From NCBI GenBank assembly GCA_016839445.1, contig JAEOUG010000068.1, positions 1-59,422 of the forward strand: a stretch of 59,422 bases of DNA, read 5' to 3'. Positions 56,594 through 59,422 of this stretch are shown piece after piece. The notes beneath the pieces were generated by a model. The model had not been told where the DNA came from. It did no database searches and saw nothing but the letters and a program-made list of their open reading frames with translations. The DNA is from Candidatus Thorarchaeota archaeon (GTDB taxonomy: Archaea; Asgardarchaeota; Thorarchaeia; Thorarchaeales; Thorarchaeaceae). The translations under genes were made by a program, and so were the position numbers. How positions within the stretch are numbered: position 1 is the first letter of the stretch; the number at the start of each line of letters is the position of its first letter.

Positions 56594-57727
56594 CTATGAG
56601 ATAACCTCGCTGTAGACCCGGTCCACGACACGAGAAACGTTCAGAGGACTGAACTCCCGCTCGACGAGTTTGCGAGCATTGCGCGTGACGTCCCCAACAA
56701 GCTCCGAGTCTGTGAGGACTGCAGACACTGCTTCCTCGAAACTGCTGATGGACCGGTCTATGAGGAAACCCGTTTCACGATTTCCAACTACACTCGGTAC
56801 ATCACCGACCTTTGTAGAAATGACTGGAATCCCTGAGGCCATAGCCTCAATAACAACTGTCGGCATACCTTCCCAATACGAGGGGAGCACCAAAGCGTTC
56901 GATCTCTGAAGTATGGAGGGAATCTCTGAGTGATTCCTAGGGCCCAGTATCTCCACTGTGAGCGTACTGCCTAATCGGTGGAGACGCTCTCGGAGATTGA
57001 TCAAGTCCTTCATGTAGCTCCCCTGCCCCACAAACCGGAAAGTGAGACTGTCGAGTCGCGTCTTACTCATTGCATGTATCCACTGTATCAGGGAGCCAAC
57101 GCCCTTCCAGGCTTCGAGGTCGCCCACGAATAGAAGCGTTCTGGCCTCAGGGAGTTCTGATATCTGCGGCCTGAATGCGTCCACGTCGACCATATTCGGC
57201 ACATAACGGAACCGTTCCTCCCCGATGTTGTATTGCTTCGATATCTGTTTGAGGTCGGATCTTGACACGGATGCAATCAGACTGCTATTCATGATTGTGA
57301 ACTTGCCCACGGATCTATCGTAGAAGTGCTTTGCACTCAGCTTCAGTAGGCCAACATCATACGGAGGGATGCCAACTCCTCCATGTAGCTGAAGCAGGCT
57401 TCTCTTCTTCTTCAAGACTCTGGCAGCAACAGCTTGATTCGAAGTGAAGTACAAGTGTGAGTGTATGTGAAAGATGTCTGATTCTGACATCATCAGAGGT
57501 TTCATCATCAGAACCAGGGGGTTGATGTTCCAGAGAGTAAGAGGCGAGTAGTGTCTGTGAACAGTGACTCCATCTGAAAGACGAGTTCCCACTCTCTTCG
57601 GATTCTGTGTTGTCGTATAGATATGGACCTCGTGGTTCCTAGCCTGCGTTCGGGAAAGATTCCAGACGTATCTCTCCGACCCGCCCATCCGTTCACCTAC
57701 AAATGGACAGATGTGCGCGATTCTCAC
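56594..57727 (-). CDS. GT4 glycosyltransferase
   Basis: GGSERY, VPNMVD, FVGDLEAWKG, EGMPTVVIEAMASG. Confidence 0.9.
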   Translation of the reverse strand: MRIAHICPFVGERMGGSERYVWNLSRTQARNHEVHIYTTTQNPKRVGTRLSDGVTVHRHYSPLTLWNINPLVLMMKPLMMSESDIFHIHSHLYFTSNQAVAARVLKKKRSLLQLHGGVGIPPYDVGLLKLSAKHFYDRSVGKFTIMNSSLIASVSRSDLKQISKQYNIGEERFRYVPNMVDVDAFRPQISELPEARTLLFVGDLEAWKGVGSLIQWIHAMSKTRLDSLTFRFVGQGSYMKDLINLRERLHRLGSTLTVEILGPRNHSEIPSILQRSNALVLPSYWEGMPTVVIEAMASGIPVISTKVGDVPSVVGNRETGFLIDRSISSFEEAVSAVLTDSELVGDVTRNARKLVEREFSPLNVSRVVDRVYSEVIS

Positions 57728-57890
57728 TTCGTGACGGCCCCCGGCGGTTCCCTAGTGTGTTAGTCCAAGCCCAATCTGGCGCACCGCATTCTTAAGTCTT
57801 CTCGGCCCTCTTCCCCTTCTTTGTCTTTCTCCCGCCTGTTGGTTCCTCAGTAACCCTTATGAGATACGTACCGGTTGCGCATATCTGCGG

Positions 57891-58853
57891 GTGTGTCGTC
57901 GAGTGGGACGCGTTCTTGTCACAGGCGGTGCAGGTTTCATAGGCAGTCATCTTGTTGACGCTCTGATAAAACAGACAGAAGTTGCTGTGCTTGACAATTT
58001 GTCAACAGGGCACAAGGAGAATATTGCACATCACATGGACAACCCTAGTTTTGAGTTCGTTGAGGGCAGCATCTCTTCAGAAAGAGATGTAGAGCGCGCG
58101 ATTCCAGATGTGGACAGTGTCTTCCACATGGCCGCTCAACCAGATGTCAGATTCAGTGTTAGCGACCCGCTCACGGATTTCGAAATGAATGTCGTTGGCA
58201 GTATGAGACTTCTCGAATACCTGCGAAAAGCAGACGTGACGAAGATAGTATTCGCATCATCAGGAGGGACTGTTTACGGCGACTCTGAAGTCTCTCCAAC
58301 ACCGGAAGAGACCCGTCTTTCTCCTATCAGCAACTACGGCGCCGCCAAGAGTGCATTTGAGATGTATCTCTCGTCATATGCGGAGCTCTATGGAATGAGC
58401 GCCGTCAGCATGAGACTCGGAAACATCATAGGTCCAAGGTCAACTGCAGGTGTGGTCTATGACTTCTATCAGAAGCTGAAGCGGGACCCGACGCGATTGG
58501 AGGTCCTCGGTAATGGAGAGCAGACAAAGGCATACATGTATGTCACTGACGCAGTGAGAGCGGCGGTACTCCTTGCAGATAGAATGGAGATAGGACACTT
58601 GCCCGTGAATGTGAGTTCCGGCGAGCGGCTAAGGGTATCAAGGATCGCGGAGATTGTGTGTGACGGTCTTGGCGCAAGAAACGCGAGAATCGAATTCACC
58701 GGATCTGAGCGCGGATGGAAGGGAGACGTAGTTGAAACAGATCTGGATGTGACTCTACTCCGGTCTTTCGGTTGGACCCCCTCGATCTCCATCGAACATG
58801 GAATCGCACTCTATCTTGATTGGCTGGTCGAGTCTTTCGGACCGGTTGATTAG
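57891..58853 (+). CDS. UDP-glucose 4-epimerase-like SDR
   Basis: VTGGAGFIGSH, HMAAQPDVR, YGAAK, LGNGEQTKAY, GWKGDV. Confidence 0.92.
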   Translation: MCRRVGRVLVTGGAGFIGSHLVDALIKQTEVAVLDNLSTGHKENIAHHMDNPSFEFVEGSISSERDVERAIPDVDSVFHMAAQPDVRFSVSDPLTDFEMNVVGSMRLLEYLRKADVTKIVFASSGGTVYGDSEVSPTPEETRLSPISNYGAAKSAFEMYLSSYAELYGMSAVSMRLGNIIGPRSTAGVVYDFYQKLKRDPTRLEVLGNGEQTKAYMYVTDAVRAAVLLADRMEIGHLPVNVSSGERLRVSRIAEIVCDGLGARNARIEFTGSERGWKGDVVETDLDVTLLRSFGWTPSISIEHGIALYLDWLVESFGPVD

Positions 58854-58925
58854 AACCAGGTCACCTCCCATGATTCACTTGGGAGAGCAAGCCTTATGTG
58901 AACCACAGCATGCCGCCTAGTGACA

Positions 58926-59422
58926 ATGACCACAACGCAGCGTCCCCAGGTCTGGATATTTGATATGGATGGCACAATTGCGGAAAGCAAGCTTCCAATC
59001 GATGAAGAGATGGCCACTCTGCTGGGAACGATCATCGATGGTGGCGCGTTGATTGGCATCGTGTCTGGGGCAGGATATGGGCAGTTCGCCAAGCAAGTAG
59101 CAGAGCAGCTGACTACACACTGGAGTGAGACTCACTACCGCCGGTGTCGCAGCATCATTCTGCTTCCTCTCAATGGGTCTGAGACGTATCTGTTTGAGGG
59201 TCTGAATCCGGGGCAGTGGACAAGGGTGAACTCGTCGGACCTAGATGATGAAGAGAAGAAGCGAATCTTCGGTGCATTCGACGAGGCCCTCAGACGGTCC
59301 GAATGGACCCCTCACAACCCGACCTATGGAGAGATCATTGAGGACCGAGGTGGGCAGGTCACGTTCTCAGCACTGGGTCAAAAGGCGCCACTGGATCTCA
59401 AGGCAGCCTATGATCCCGATCA
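58926..59422 (+). CDS. HAD-IIB hydrolase, phosphomannomutase-like (3' truncated by window)
   Basis: Manual translation: MTTTQRPQVWIFDMDGTIAESK...IVSGA...IIEDRGGQVTFSALGQKAPLDLKAAYDPD; open to the window end, so absent from the ORF track. Confidence 0.85.
   Translation, partial: MTTTQRPQVWIFDMDGTIAESKLPIDEEMATLLGTIIDGGALIGIVSGAGYGQFAKQVAEQLTTHWSETHYRRCRSIILLPLNGSETYLFEGLNPGQWTRVNSSDLDDEEKKRIFGAFDEALRRSEWTPHNPTYGEIIEDRGGQVTFSALGQKAPLDLKAAYDPD

Noticed and set aside
57728-57890. GC-rich then pyrimidine-rich intergenic tract as ncRNA or terminator
   Set aside because: It lies between divergent genes, has no convincing cloverleaf or stem, and is better explained as promoter spacer.
1-59422. CRISPR arrays, tRNA/rRNA, IS elements, integrases
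   Set aside because: Intergenic gaps are all under ~200 nt, and none showed repeats, tRNA arms or transposase motifs on manual reading.

Overview
Gene-dense archaeal chromosomal segment, most likely from an Asgard archaeon (Thorarchaeia-like). The lineage call is inferred from archaeal-type ApgM, TrmI and A/V-ATPase, TATA-like promoters and many bacteria-like metabolic genes; it is not proven. From left to right the window holds: the last 22 codons of a protein ending in an Ena/VASP-FAB/WH2-like actin-binding-type helix; a complete bacillithiol biosynthesis cluster (bshB divergent from bshA-bshC); a PLP aminotransferase and pyrF; membrane proteins; an orphan HerA-like ATPase and trmI; an uncharacterised three-gene block (small protein, coiled-coil+wHTH, 769-aa helical solenoid); a scrambled partial A/V-ATPase locus (I, H/G, E, K, C) with two candidate assembly-factor membrane genes; a LarA-family racemase, FGGY kinase and GIY-YIG nuclease; a stand-alone complex-I/Mrp-like membrane arm (split J, K, L, M, MnhD/N-like); a UPF0182 protein; a peptide-deformylase homologue; a ferredoxin-type protein; wecC; the lower glycolysis genes apgM, eno and pyk; and a ~16 kb surface-glycan island. 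The island contains wecB, five GT4 genes (one with an in-frame TAA), a flippase, a GT-C protein, a ColD-like 3-dehydratase, SDRs and a partial HAD-type phosphomannomutase. I found no rRNA, tRNA, CRISPR array or transposase. Start codons were trimmed by eye where the ORF track overshoots.
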